A DNA stretch of 63,566 nt, the filler included, from Platydemus manokwari (Eukaryota), in NCBI GenBank assembly GCA_037951405.1. It is 5 parts of 5 records of this genome, joined end to end, with 100 filler letters (N's around TTAATTAATTAA, not from the genome) between each part and the next. Parts side by side here need not be neighbours in the genome. Positions count along the whole stretch, not along the records: positions 1 to 18,314 come from JBBMOY010477775.1; 4 more parts are not named here. One strand, given 5' to 3'. Position 1 is the first letter of the stretch. Every line of letters begins with the position of its first letter. The notes under the pieces were generated by a model, which was given only the letters and a program-made list of their open reading frames with translations, did no database searches and was not told the origin of the DNA. Shown piece after piece: positions 1-15,400 of this stretch. The translations under genes were made by a program, and so were the position numbers.

Positions 1-1246
1 GTTATGTTTAAATGATTTGGTAAAACAAAAACTTTAAACAACTAAAAAACATGAATAACTTTTGACTCAGCCTAATAATCAATATCTTTTTACAAATTGT
101 ACATCAATATTTTAAATTTAAACCATACAGCAGCATATAAAATATAAATTGTCAAAATCTTTAATATTTCGCTTTTCGATTAGCGGTTTATATCAGCCTT
201 GTTGGTTCGAATTTGTTTAAAGTCCCGGGTGTAATTATACGTATTGTGAGATTTTCATTTGCCTCGCGTTTCAGCGTAGTTTGAAGACTACGTAAAAGGC
301 GTTAATAGAAAATTGTATGATGAAGTTCATGTGATTGCATCTCGATTAATTGCTTATTGAATAGTTATTAGATATTAACGGGTTGTATTTTTGTGGATTT
401 TCTTAACGTTACATCTTTATATGGGGATTAATTTCAAATCAACGGGCCTTCACTTTCTCTAATTGTTGTTTTACATCGAAATGAAAATAAAATTTAACAG
501 TAAATATAAAATATTGTGCCCCATAAAATATTATTAGAACATATATAAATACGTAACACTTCTGATACGTATTTTTGTGCTTTTACACATGAATTTCGAG
601 TCAATCAATACAATATGCATTGATATTCAGCAAAATACAGTATTACCTAAAATGAAATTGCCTTTTTAATAAAAGCTAAAATAAAAGCTGCCCACTATTC
701 ACATAATCGATAATATTTACCACTTCAAAGCTTATATTTCTAGATCCCAGCGCTAAAGTAGTTTGATATATGTTCTACTAACTGCCGATGCCTCTTTGTT
801 GAAATGTATTTTTACTCTGCCAAGATTCAGTTGAACTCTGACCATTCTTGTTCTTCAAAAATATTTTTTATAAAATATAATTGACGATCGATTTTCGTAT
901 TAATATTTTTCTACGGCGTTATTGATTTCTTTCAATACACATATTGATAATTTAAAAATATAAAAACGTTTTTGTTCACTTTTTGAAAACTATTTTGAAA
1001 TTTTTGAAAAATATCGTTAAAAATGATAAAAAAATCTATTTAAATCGATTTCATTTGATACAACATCGATCTGAAATGTAAATATCGAAAACACAAAATA
1101 TAATGATTGTTTATCCACACCAAATCGATGAACTGTATAAGCATAAAGTCAAAAATCTCATTTTTATATTTTCATGTGATGACTGAATAATGAATTGAAA
1201 ATTTTGTGATTTATTGATTAAGATTTAGTAAATCGATCTTGTGAAG

Positions 1247-1519
1247 ATGAAGATTAAATATCTTTTCTTCCCCGAAAATAATATTTTTATAATAATTTTC
1301 ATTCTATCCAGCAAGTTTTAATGGTTGATTGATAATCGGTTTCATTGACATTCACGATTCATTTAGTCTTGTGTTCTGCTATTTGTACATTGATCGACCA
1401 TCGATATGGGATCGATATCATCAGTAATAAAGATTGGAAATTACTTTCTGCAGACAAATATTCGTCCAAGAATCTATATTTCGTTGTATTGCAAGATCAT
1501 GGCAAGTCATTGTTGAAGG
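1247..1519 (+). CDS. Probable first two exons (signal peptide) of the LRP5/6-like gene
   Basis: ATG at 1247 reads MKIKYLFFPENNIFIIIFILS. Removing a putative GC-AG intron at 1311-1366 continues in frame as ILCSAICTLIDHRYG...KSLLK, ending at an AAG|GTAAAG donor. The N-terminus is hydrophobic and signal-peptide-like. The link to the exons at ~3270/3474 is inferred. Confidence 0.45.
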
Positions 1520-3473
1520 TAAAGGTTTATGTATTTACTAATATGGGAATATATTGATTATTTTGACGAAAATCACCAACTAATCAATCTATTGCAACTC
1601 AATCCACTGGCGTGCTGATTTAAAGACATAAAAATGAGCCATGAGAGATTGGATAAATTTTTTGTGGAAAAAATCGATTAAATAAATAAATAATCACGTG
1701 ATGAAAATTTATTAATTTATTTATAATTAAAAATTAATTTAATAAATTACTTAAATTAAATTTAAAATCCAGTATTATAATATTGATTATTATTATTTTA
1801 TTTATTATTTTTATTATGATAATTATTTATTATTAATATACATAATCAATACATTAAAATAATTATTTTATTATCGATATATTATTGATATATTATTATA
1901 AAATTACCAAAAATATTTTTTTTACCTTTTTATTATCAATGTTAATATCCAAAATATTATTACTCCAATAATAATTAATAATATTTTTAATCGATATTAA
2001 TTATTATTATAATTATCATTATTCTCCATAAATATTTTGTGGCTCTGATATACAACAAATCATCAACAAATCGAGAGAAATTAACAAATAAATTATTTAT
2101 AATTTAATCGACATCTCAAGAACTGATTAATTTGGAACCTGTTCGTAAATCCATTGAAGGCTGCCGCGAAATATTTTATTGTTCGATATAGAATAATAAA
2201 ATCTGCCGCGCTATGGAAATCCGAAATAATTTATCGGCACAATAACCCATATATTTCCCACAGGAAAAAAATCTTTATTATCATTTCTTGTTTAAATTCG
2301 TCTCCATTCTTTGATTTGATTCCATTATTATCATTGTCAATACAGGGATTCGTTTTATTTCTTTCTCTCTCTCTCTCTCTCTTTATTTGCTTTGTCGGCA
2401 TTCTCAATTTTGTATTGTGGTTTTTTTTTCTATCGAAATTAAAAATAGTATTGCCACTTATCATTCTCAATTTAGCGTGGTAGTCATGGAGATATATAAA
2501 TCATCAAATCAATTCTGATTGGCTTAATGATTATTTATCGGGAAACCGTTTCAATTCATCCGTAATTCTCATTGTGACGTCATCATTCTCGTAATGAAAA
2601 TTAATTAATGATATTTCCATTCGTCCAGAAATGGTATTTTATTTGTGACCAATTTGTTGAATTAATTGATTTATTTCCCTATTTTTGAGTATATAATTGA
2701 TTTTTTTATGAATTTTTATCTTGTAAATTTAACAGAATTGAGTTTATTGATTTTTCGTTTTAAACGTATCGATTTTGTTTGATTTTTTCGCACTTTCATT
2801 TTGATCTTGTGGAAAAAATGTCCATTCAAATCAACGCTGTTAATTGTGTTCTAAAAATATTGCCGAATTTTTATACAGTAGTCTCCGGAAAAATGTCAAA
2901 TATTGAGTCGACAATCAGCAGGGAAAAACTATAATCTTTCATGATTTATTCCGACAAATATTGATTTTAATTTAAAATTTGGATTTATTGAGTAACTTAG
3001 TTATTATGTTGATTACACAATATTATTGACTTACTTCATTGATACAATTGATTATCATTTGAATCAATAAATTTTTTTGTTGATTTTATTCGATTATCAA
3101 ATTAAACCGAATGTACTTTAATGGATTTTTTATTTGAAAAAATTCCCTCTTCACTTGTTATCGATTCGTATATTAGTGAAATGATTACAGATTAGTACAA
3201 ATCCACAACGGATTCAGTAATTAATCAATTTTCAATCTTCTGGTGTGTGTGGGTGTGCGTGTGTTTCATGCACAACCGAGATAACTACATTTATTCTTCT
3301 TCATTCTTGTCTGTATTGGTGAGTACCACGAGCACCAGTATTCACGCCCAAGTGATTCTTTATGTTATACATAGATAAATAAATAAATTTCTTTAGTTTT
3401 ACTGTTCTCATTTCGGGACGCACTTTAGTCTAACATTTAAATTAATATCTTTAGAGCTCTTTATCTGTTTCAG

Positions 3474-6400
3474 ACGTTTCATATCAACAGTTCTAAAATT
3501 GTGGTAATGCAAGATGTTCTCAAATATCCAGTACAGTCTGCAGTAACAGTGGCAGTCGATTGGATCAATGGAAACCTATATTGGGCAGACAAAATTAATC
3601 GATTTATTGAAATCGTTGATTTAAATAACGGATTGGATTTTCCAATTTCAAGAGACAGGAGACGCATGTTGTTTACAAGAGGAATGGCAGATATATATTC
3701 CATAGTAATTGATCCTTGGGAACAGTGAGGATTAGTTATTGATTATGAATGATCCTCTGAATACATCGATAGATATATGTTTTGGTTGCAAATAGGTGCA
3801 GATATGGTTCTCGAGCGAGCAAGACTTGATGGATCAGATAGAAGAGTAATCCACAGATCAACCCAGTACAAAAGTTCTCGTTTAGCAATTGATCGCCATC
3901 GGAAGATGCTCTTCTGGTGGGGGATTGAGAGTGCTATTCACAGGGTTGATTATCAAGGTCAAACGGGATGCACTATGCAAGTAAAAGGAGGTAATATTCA
4001 AGATAAAATCATGCAGATTAACGATTTTATAAATTAAAGATTGGAAACGCTGGAGTCCTTCTTTTCTCGTTTTTACTGATGGAAAATTGATGTATTTAAA
4101 CGAAGAAAAATTATGGGTGACATCCTTTAGATGTGGTCACGGAATTGCGTTAATATTAAATGTGAGAAATTCGGATGTTCCAATTGCTATAGTTACTGGA
4201 AAACATCAATTAACAGTAATCCATGGTTAGAAAATACATTCCTTCTCTCAAATCATTTTCGCGTATTATTGTAGATCGACTTACAAGTCCCTGTATTGGA
4301 AAAGTGTGCTCATCCATCTGCCTTCCTACATCAGATAATCAATACCGATGCACTTGTATGACTGGCATCAATCTTCCGAAAAACACTTCTGTTTGTCCTT
4401 CTTTGGCAACCAGATCACTCATAGTGGCAAGTCCCCCTCAAATATATCAAGTATCTCTCGATACCGATCAGAAACACATGGAACCGTTATTTGAACATGC
4501 AGGCATTCCATTTCGATTGGCACATGATTTTTTCTCGTCTTCTTTGTTGTATGTCGACTACAATTCCAGTGCGATTTATTCTTTGAATTTGAATGAATAC
4601 AGCACTCCCCGGAAATTGTTGTTGGATTTTCCGGTGTTTTCTCAAATGCCAGCTAGTTTCGCTGTGGATTCCATTTCACGTAATATCTATTGGATGAATC
4701 ATAGAAGTTCTGAGGTGTGGGTGGCTCGCATGACTAGTGATAATCGATTGAAACATGCCGCTCTTCTATTGTCGTGGTTGCCAAATTCGTTATTCCGAGA
4801 TTCATTCAGTTCTGGTGGCCATAATCGCCAATCAAATCCTCCAGGTGAATTAGCTGTCGATTGTTTCAATCGATATCTTTTCGTTGTTGTTATTGGTGAC
4901 GGTGTAAATTCCATTGAACGCTATTGGCTAGATGGCAGTCACAAGTGAGTCAGTGTGAAATTAGTTGACCACTCATGTTATTTGTATTATAATAATAATT
5001 ATTATTATTTAATTATTTTTACAGATTGATTATTATAATATTGATTATTAATATTTATGTTATCAGATTTACGATAATTAAATCTCCAAATATTGATTCA
5101 CCTCGTGGTTTGGCACTTGATTGTAAAGGCCAACAGCTATATTTTGTCGACGCTGCCAGAGATGAAATGTTGAGTATCGATTATCATGGCAACAATGTTC
5201 GAATTATCGCTCGAACATTTCCCGATTTTTTTGGCCTGGCTTTTATAGGTGTGCTTAATTGAGTTCATCATATGCCATGAATCATGTTTCATGTAGATGG
5301 CTTCGTTTATTGGACAGACACCGAGACGCTTTGGGTGAATTCTATTAAATACGACGGCTCCCAACGATCACAGGTTGCATCCACTTACAATTTGAGAGCA
5401 CCGACAATGCCAATCGTTGTCGTTTCACGTAATGAGTCATACGATAAAAGTAATCTCGATTTGGTGGCTTGATAAAAGTATTATTGCCCATCTAGACTCT
5501 CCTTGTCGATATGAGTTGAACCGTTGTGAAGAGCTCTGTTTTCCCACTCGTTTGAATCATGATTCATATTCGTGCGGCTGTTCTAACCCAGCACACGTTC
5601 TGCTTAACTTATCGCATTGCAGCCATTCATCCACAATGATCGTTTATTTTAATTCATCTGCAATTGTGACTCACAAATTGGTTCCTGGCTTAACCAGGTT
5701 GACATTTGCTTTCTACGAAATTGTTTATCTCGTACTTATTTAATTAGTCGAGTCAGTTCACTTGGTACCAACCCGACTCGTGGCCATGCCAACTGTGTGC
5801 AAATGGATCATTTCCGAAATCACATTTACTGGATCGATGAAGAAAGCAACGTGAGAATAAATTTATATTTAGATTCCTGTGCTGTGTTTTGCTCGTTATT
5901 TTAGTCCATTTTCTGGTATTGTGAGAGGAATGGGATTGATCACATTTTATCGATTTACAATTTCATTTCACACCATATTATTTTCTTTACGAATTTTAAT
6001 GATTTATCGTTTATACTCTGCTGGATTTGAGAGAAAATATTCAAAAATGGAGTCTGAAATGACTCATGTTGTTTATATCTATATATTCATTGGCACCAAC
6101 TCTAAGTCATTTAATTATATCATTTATCGAATGCGCCAAAACCACCGCTATTCCAATAAACTTATTATAGTCATACTCTATCAATACACCGCTCTGTACC
6201 CGGTTAATTTTTTGAATTAAAATCCACAGATTGATTGAGATTGGAATTTTAGAATTAGAGTTTTGTAAACTGAAAAGATATCATTTTCTTCGATCGATTT
6301 ATTTAAACAAATAAGAGATAACAACAAAATCTTTTGATTGGATATGTTTCGGAATCTATTCGGCATTTGTTCTTGTCACAGCCTGCTTTTGGGTTTTCGA

Positions 6401-9400
6401 TTGAGATCTTGTGAAGACAACATTTAGGTAAGGAAAATAATGCTTTCTTTTTCTTTATCGTTAAATCCCCCAATACGAATTTCTAATTCATGTGATATTA
6501 AGCCAGTATTGATTTAAGAAAATTCGATTGCAATTTCATGTTTTCTTCAAATCTTCTGTAAAAGATTTAGGTGTGTTATGATAAAAATATCTGTTAAGAA
6601 CAGAATTCAGAATTATTGATTTCAAATCGGATTGGTCATGCAAATCAAATCGATTGACCTGACCCAGGTTTTGGGTTTTATAAAATATTTTTCATTTCAG
6701 TGTGTTATGAAAGCGAATACAGGCACCGACATGACGACAGAGTGGCAAATTTTGTGCTTATTCTCAGAAACAATCTCTAGTATTGCATTGGATATTGTAA
6801 GGAACAATCTTTATGTTTCCATCAGCAGCAAGATCTGGTCGAGAATTATTCTCGTCAGATTACCTTTTCCAAATTCTAATATGTCTTGGAGAAAAGTTGT
6901 CGTTTCAGGACAGTTGAAGAATAAAATTATTGGAGCAGTAGCTGTCCATTCATCTCAAAAGTTGAATATTTTCATAGATTGTGATCAGCTGTTATTTCAG
7001 AATTCAGATACATTTTTTGGTTCGAATCTGAAAGTGAGGAACGATTTAGTATAACTGAGATTTATCAAGCATATCTTGATGGTTCCAGTCCAAATTTGAT
7101 ATGGAAAGGTATCGCGGATATCCAAGAATTATCAGTGGGCGACAGTGGTAAATATTATGATTATATCAATAATAATATAATGATAATAACAATAATATAT
7201 AGTCAGTCATGTATTTTGGAAGAATAGTGATAACGGAAAAATCTATAAATACGATATAGTAACCAAGGCAATAGATATATTTCAGTTATCGTGGGATATT
7301 CTAAATAAAGTCAATATACGTCCTCCGGATTGGTTGCACGTGTATCCTGTTGAGCAATCGCTGTACTTATTTGTGGTAATTTTATTTTCAAAATCATCAT
7401 CGTTTTCACCTATTCTGATAGATATTGATTAAAATAATTTTAAAGATAAATAAATATAATTTTATTTATTTAAACAAAGAAATAATATTTAATAGCAGAA
7501 ATAATCTGAAAAGATGTTGTGCTTGAATATATAATATAAATCATTTGACGTTCATATTAAAGACTTCCAAACTAGAACGACATGTGTAGAAACATTTCGT
7601 ATATTCATAAAAAGTTATTGATATCATCTGTAAGTGTCCTGAGAATTTTCTGATTGGACTCATTGAGTATTCCAAATTATAGAAAATTGATGTGTCAATC
7701 CCGTACTCGGTTTTCCACAATAGAATCCACGATAACTGCTGATCATCATTATAACTTCCTGCTTAATCATCAGTACCTGTTGTGATTGCACTTTAGTTCT
7801 ATATCAGCACATTTTTCACAGCCTTGAAAAAATCAATATTGATCTTCATTTCTTCTTTTGATCACGTCGAATCATATCTGCTAAGAAAAGCTTAAAACGT
7901 ATTGGCGAAAATTTGTGTTTAAAAGAAGAAAATAATTCAAATACCCATATACAATCTTTCGATTAGAATCATTTCAACTGAATGGCGATGAAAAATTGAG
8001 ATTTTATGGTGAATATATCAAAACGGTACTTGTTAATAACTAGTAGATGATAAAAGTTATTATAGCATCACGGTTATATAGATTAATTATTGATTTGTGT
8101 TGACAATCCAATAATATTTATTGTGAGAACATATTGATAATACATTTTTAGTCACTCACATAAATCATCACCAACCAATCAATGATAAAATCGATAAATT
8201 ATTGTTATTTCATTTAGCATGACTCTATTTTTCATTTCGATTCAACGGATACGTCTCTTATTATCACATCTAAGAGACTGAAGCTCATTTTATACATTGA
8301 TAATTTCCCAATTGTCAAAGGGTTTTTATTGGTATCGAGAAGTACCGCCAATTCAAATTTAAAAGTGGCATTGGCCAAGACGGATGCATCTGCAAGATCG
8401 ATAATCATGTGCCCCACAATGAAAAACGATGTTTTCGATCAATGTTCTCAATTTTGTCTTCCTGCTTCAAATATGAAATGTGCCTGTGGTTCAATGTATT
8501 CATTGGGTTCCGATGGATCAAGTTGTTCGGGTAAATATTGATTTTCTATATTTTTATAATACTGTATTCTTCCTCTTAATCTCCACTTGGGGAATTAGAA
8601 AAATGTCGCGGTTAAGATGAGTTTTTTACAAGAAAAATAATAAAGAAGAGCAATTAAATGAACTTTTTATTTTTTTTATTATTCAATTGTCTTGCGTGCA
8701 AATACTTTTATTCTTCTTCAAGGGTTCTGAGACTTGATTCAGTCCTTCAATAGCTCTAAAATCAAACAAAATACCATAACATAATTCCTATATAGAAACA
8801 CTTACAACGTTATGAACGTCGTTATTTGATGATTCTTTGTCATCATCATTTAACTTGTCAGCTATTTGAACTGTCTTTTCTTTTAATACATTATCCGTAA
8901 TGATAGCACCTCTTTCTTCAAGTCCATCAACCCATGCTGACAATTCTTTGCGTAAAACATTAAAATTTAAAACTGGAACTCGCCAACCACTTCTGTGTAC
9001 AATATCAGCATTTTGAATCAAAAAAATCCTTGTTTCTCCTGATATCATTGATAGTTATTCTTTTGATTTATCTGAGAAAACCTCTGATATTCTGTTATCT
9101 AAATATACAGTTTAAGGTTCAATGTACTTCAAAATTTTTCAATTTTTAAACAACAATTAACTGTACCCACTTTTGTTTTGCCATAAATAAGGTCCAATGA
9201 AAATTTGTTCATCAACAATTAATATTAAAACAAGGTTATCATGTCAAAAATAAAAATAAATCATTAAAATATTTTTTAAAAACTGTGATGGTTAAAGGAA
9301 CTGGCAGCTAGGAGGAATTTTCCATTATAATTTCTGAATTTTCTAAAAAATTGGCGGTTGGAAGAAATGGCAGTTAGGAAGAGGAATATCGTATCTGTTA

Positions 9401-12400
9401 TTAATTCGATTCATTATATCGGGGTTGGAATCACCAATGCAATGCACTTTAGTCTTATTCGAATATAGATATATAAATTTTCAGATTATAGACTCCAGAA
9501 TTTTTATTTAAGATGGATCAATTTCTCGGCTTTGTGTTTTTGAACTTTTGTCTGTATTCAATTTTAGAATTTGATAGAGAAATTTTATTGATTTTCTCTC
9601 AATTGTCTTGAATCCTGTTGAGCAATTCTAGCTTATTAAATTCTATATTCGAGATAAAATCAAATGACTCATGGATTTAACCTGCTTAAGAAAGCTTAAG
9701 CCGGAATATTATTGATAATATATATTTTATTATTTTGTTTTTTAGTCCATATTTTTTATTTAATTATTTTGTTTATTTTTAGTTTTTATTTTTATTTTAA
9801 TTGCCCTATTAATATTATGTTAATTAAATTTTATATTAAACATAATAATATCATGAATTTTTAAAATTATTAGACTCTGGGGATTTTTTCATGGTCATGA
9901 TCAATACCGGTGAAATTATCGGCATAAAGGCCAACATTAGTCAAGATAAAGAAGATGATTTACAACTTACCGAATGGATCGAAGTGCCTGAACAACAGTT
10001 GATTCCGGGCCAAAAATTCATTGATTCAGTTCATTGGCTAAGCAGAAACATTGTTCTTCGTCTTGATAACCACGGATATCTAAGCGCAATTGACCAGATG
10101 CGACCTTTCGCCAAGATAAAATGTATGTTGTATTCATTTCATGTAAAGTTTTCTGCCATAAATTTTTAATTGAGAGCCATGGAAAGTGTCACGCTAATAT
10201 GAATGCATCACATGTTGTTTATTTCTGCCTGCAACACCAACGGCATGCATGCACACATATTTTTCTGACACTTGAAAATTGACTTGAAATCACCTATTGA
10301 TTGTAACATAAAGATGTGACTGAAGCAATGTAAATCAGGCGTGCAATGAAAGCATCCGTGAAATGTTATTGATTAATTCGAAAAAAGCACAATCATCGAA
10401 TATTACACCAAATAGATTCCTCTAAATACTTGGAAAATATGTGGAAACGCAAAAAATGTTTTCTTTCATAACTGTTTAAGTGAAAGAGGAACGTGATGAT
10501 TATCAATCGCATCAGGCAACAATCGAATCTATATCATGTTAAAATTTACCATTATATTTCTATGATATTTTATAAAACACAACGATTTTCGACGTTATTA
10601 ATAAATCTTTTATTCTGTAGTATACAAACAATTGACGGTTCAAGAAGAAAATGGTAATTCCACCAAATATTCGAATGCATACGAAAAGATTTACAGGCAT
10701 TTCCTTGAAAAAGATGCCAGCTTTAAAGATCGTTATGATGGTTCTCGTTTCAGTATGGCCATTGATCCAATAAGCGACACACTTCTGTGGTCAGACTGGG
10801 TTAATGGAATCATTGCTGTCGAGCGTCTTAATGCTGATCGGGATCGTATTGAATATTTGGGAATAATTTTGGATTTTCGTCTTTCCAGTAGAAGGCCTTT
10901 GCAGATAGCTATTGCTCCAATCTCAAGCTCGCTTATTTGGATAAGTGCCGATCTAGCACTATCTGGATCAAATGATAGTTCAATTTGGCGTCAATTTTGG
11001 ATTGAAATGTCAGATCTAGATGGCAGCAGGCGTTCTGTGTTGGTAAGAGATCCTGGTGTGCCTGCTTGCCTAACAGTAGATATGCATTCTGGACGAGTAT
11101 ACTGGATCGATATTAGTACAAACAAATTAATGTATCTGCATGTGAGTTTATTCTTTGAATCTCGGGAAACGGATGATATCTTTTGAAGGTACACTGGGAA
11201 AATTATCAGGTAAGAGCTGGACACATATTTGGACAGAATATGCGAGTAACCGTTAGTTCGTTACTATCTACTGGAGTTGGGACCTCCACGTCTACAATGG
11301 TTGTTCTGAAAAAGTATTTGCTTTGGACTGACTGGTTTCAGCAAATTGTGGCAAGCACTTCGCTTAACAATGCGCTGATGAAGCCATTCGGGGATATCGG
11401 TTCATCAGACAAGATCAATGTCCATAATTTACGATATCTGAAACACAAATTGAAAGGTGTTGTTAGAATGATATCTCGAGTATCACGGGAGTATTTCAAG
11501 TAAAAATTAATTTTTTATTTATATGAAAACTTATTTTTACTTTCTCATTTCAAATTATTTTTAAATAATGATATCCCAAGGAGACTGTGATGAAAAGTCC
11601 GATCGATGAGTTTGCCTGTGCATTTGTAACAATGAAGAGTGAAATCAATATATCTCTTTATTTAAACAAATATGTACTCTCGACTCTTATTACCGTGTTT
11701 TTGTTTCATTGAATCTGGAAATTTGATATTCACTAGACGTGCTGATTGGAATCCTAGGATTATAAGTGCTCCTTTGCATTGAAAATCATTATTGAGTCTT
11801 TTGTGAGGATCTTTCTGTTCCAATATTTTTTCCTCAAGTTTTATTATCCTTCACTATCTTGCTATATTCGTATTTTGTCTGGCACATTTTCAATGATGTC
11901 TCTAAATAGCATTTTTGCATCCATAAGCTATCATCTCATTCGCGGAAATTTTTGTGTTGTTCTACTGTGTTGCATTGATATATAATTTTATTCACGGGAG
12001 AAGATCGATTCAATTTTTCACAAGAAATCTGCCTTTCTAGAGATGTTGTAATCATTTTTCTCAACGTTCGAATGAAACGTTTCGCTTATCCATTTGATTG
12101 TTCATGATAAGAATAACTAAACTCTCGCTTAATTCCAGATTTTATACACGCATTCTTCATGTATTGACTTTCATTCGAACTGTCTCCAGCAATCAATCAA
12201 ATCGTTACATGATTTTCTCACTGGATTTCACTTCATTTATGATCGATGTTTATCTTTCTTTGTTTCGGAAATTGTGACCTTTTGCTTCACAAATTGATTG
12301 CCTTTCTGCTACTGGTTCTACACTGGTTGTTTCAGATGAAAAGACAACTGTCTAGTACCTGCTTCTGATAAATTATTAGTTGTTAATGTTGGTCTTTTAC

Positions 12401-15400
12401 GTGAAGACTTAATATCAAAATTTATTTTCTCCTCTAGATTTTATTTGAGTTTAGATTTGACAACTGACTCTTTACTTCCTCAAAATTTCGCAAACGTTTC
12501 CGATTGTTTCAATATATCTTTGCCGGAGATTCGATTCGTCGAAAGTGAACCTTTTATTCCAATATTTCGAACTTGGTTCGAAACTATGTCTCTTATTCTC
12601 GGTTAACATCTGAGTTCCAAACTCCTTCAACGAACTTCAAGAGTTATTTTACCCTTTGTTTTAAATCTCATCAATATCTTTGATCGACTTATTTGTCTCT
12701 GTGGAAATGTGCCCATCTTATTTTCTTATCTTGAAGTCTAAAGTTTCGTGCAACTTTTAACAATGCCTTCTATGTCAGTTCTTTGTTAATGGAAAAAATC
12801 GCTACTTTCAAATTAGTCATAATATCCATTTATTTAAATAAAGATGTTTGATAAAAAATATTAATTTTATTATATTTGATAGAGCCTCGTCTTTGGGAAC
12901 ATTATTACAGAATCACCCATGCTCGCACGGTATGCACACTTCACAGAATCAGCGTTGTTCTCATTTGTGCTTGTCAACTTTACCAATAAGTCTGACAGAA
13001 GAATACTCATTTTTGATGACGGCACAACAACTTTCCAACAAATACAGGTGCTCATGCCCATTGTCCATGGCAGTGACAACTCGAAATAAAATCGGTGTTT
13101 GTGTGAGATCACAATTTGTGAAATGCAACAGACATCAGGTTTTGTGCAGAGCAGGTCAGATTTTCTTAAGGAGAGAAGGAGTGTCTGCAGCAAGTTGTAT
13201 CCCAGCACACCAACAATGTGATATGCTTGAAGATTGCTTGGTGTGTTGTATGGGTTTTGAAAAAAATATAACAAATGTTCACCTTTTAGGATGGGTCTGA
13301 CGAGTTAGGTTGTAACTCTTGCAATTCTACCCATTCGTATAGTTGTTCGGGTTCTAATCTTTGTCTTCCTCAAAGCAAGAGGTGTGATGGTGTAGCGGAT
13401 TGTGAATCAGACGAGAAATGCTGCGGTACTCAGGTATGTTCATAAAAATTATAATAAGCTTTATAGATTAATAATAACTTTTCTTTTAAAAAATTGGATG
13501 TTAAAATAGCGTTGACAAGCTAAGATTCCGAAAACTTAACTTGTCAGAATAAGACTCTGAGAATTTCCAAAGATTATCTCATCAATCACGATTTTTTTCA
13601 TTGGTTCTCTTCCAGATTTCTTCATTGAGCTAAAGATTTTCAACAACTTCGCTTTGCGCTACATAAAGTCTTCGGTAAGCACTGGTACGTATGGTAATAA
13701 AGAGTTTATATATGTTAAAAGTAAGCTTCCACAAATTATTGGTTTCTCATCAATTCGACCTCATGTTTGTCGTCAATGTTGTCTTCTTCATTTTCACTGT
13801 TGATTTTCAGGTTTTGAGAACTGCATGTTGTTTACTTTTTAGAATATTACAGTGGTATTAGCAGAATATTGGAGCTAGCTGAGATAACTATGCGGAGAAC
13901 GAGAACAATATTGAAATGAAACATTGATACCGATATCGATTATTTGCGTGTTATTAGTGTACATAAATTATAAAATCAAACACCGTAATAGAGTGATAAT
14001 AATCATAAAATCGTAGCATCCAAATGATTAATTAGGATCTTTTGATTTTAAAACCAATTAAGTTATACGCAAGAGCTGGTTCCCAGCACCCCGAGAAAAA
14101 TATTTATTTTATATTTAGAGATTTGAATGTCTAAGCGGAACAGAACACACTCGTTGCTTGACGATAGCCGATAGATGTAATGGTATTAGGGACTGTGTTG
14201 ACGGTAGTGATGAAGACAAATGCCATTCATCAGATGTAAGTCTCAAGAGCGATCGATCATCATCTGATGAGAACATTTTGATGGGAAATCTCAACAATAA
14301 TCATACAGTGGCTATAATTGCCGGAACCATTGCTATATCGGCGTGTAGTATTGCTATTATATACATCTGCCTATCTCGGTAGGTTTTCAAATGATAACTC
14401 TTTATGGTTAGATTAATATTTTTCTGATAGTCGTTATCGACAGAACACGGTCCATGAATCTTGTCTGTTTCGTGCCAATAATGTTAACATCATGTTTATG
14501 TCAAATCCTCAAAGAACAAATCGACACCAACGTCGTAACACACCTTATCAACGACCAGGATCTCAAGACAGTAATTTCTATCACGCAAAATCGTGCGATA
14601 TCATTGACAACTTTAAACATTATGACGATACCGATCCGGCAAGTCAGTCATTGACATCTCTGTCCGACTGTTATAGACAAATTAAAAATCCACATCCCTA
14701 CCCATCGTCGGCATTAGGAAAACCACTCTTTACAATTCATGATAATATATTATTTCAATTATCTCAAAGACAAAGGTTAAGAGCTCATTGTACTAGCGAT
14801 ATTAGCGTTGAAGTAAGTTCTTACAACACATATCAAATTGTTTTTTTTTAATTTTTTGTAGAAACCTGTTAAGCCTCCACCTAGTGAGGTCACAATCAAC
14901 AGTGAAGAAGTTGGAAAACAGACGGACAACCAAGGTTTGATATACTTCGGTTTATGTACTTTGGATTCTTATAGTATTTATAATTCAATGTATATCTGTA
15001 ATGGTTTTGAAGGTTTATTGATCGAATCATTGACAATTCTTTCACAATCCGGAGATAGATCGATTTCTTTCTACGCATCAATATATTGATGGATAAAAAA
15101 CAAACGATCATTTCACTCACACACACACAATCGCAACTTAACTGTGAACATCTGTTGTGATTGTATTTTTGCTTCATATCAGATTATCCCACAACAAACA
15201 AACGATAATCTATAATATGTTTTTTTTTAATTATGATGTTATTATTAAAATTTTATCTAAAACATTATCGATTATTTCAGACGATCATAATGAAATCGTA
15301 TCTCAAAATTCATTGGCATCCAGCCTGTGTGAATCCGAATTGGAAGAAATATATGTACACAGATACCAATTAATGAAATGGCCATCGGCAATGGATAATT

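Noticed and set aside
14870-14895. KPPPSEVT as an extra LRP PPPSP-like motif
   Set aside because: The phase of the next exon requires the CCT A|GTGAGG donor, so the spliced protein reads KPPPNDH.
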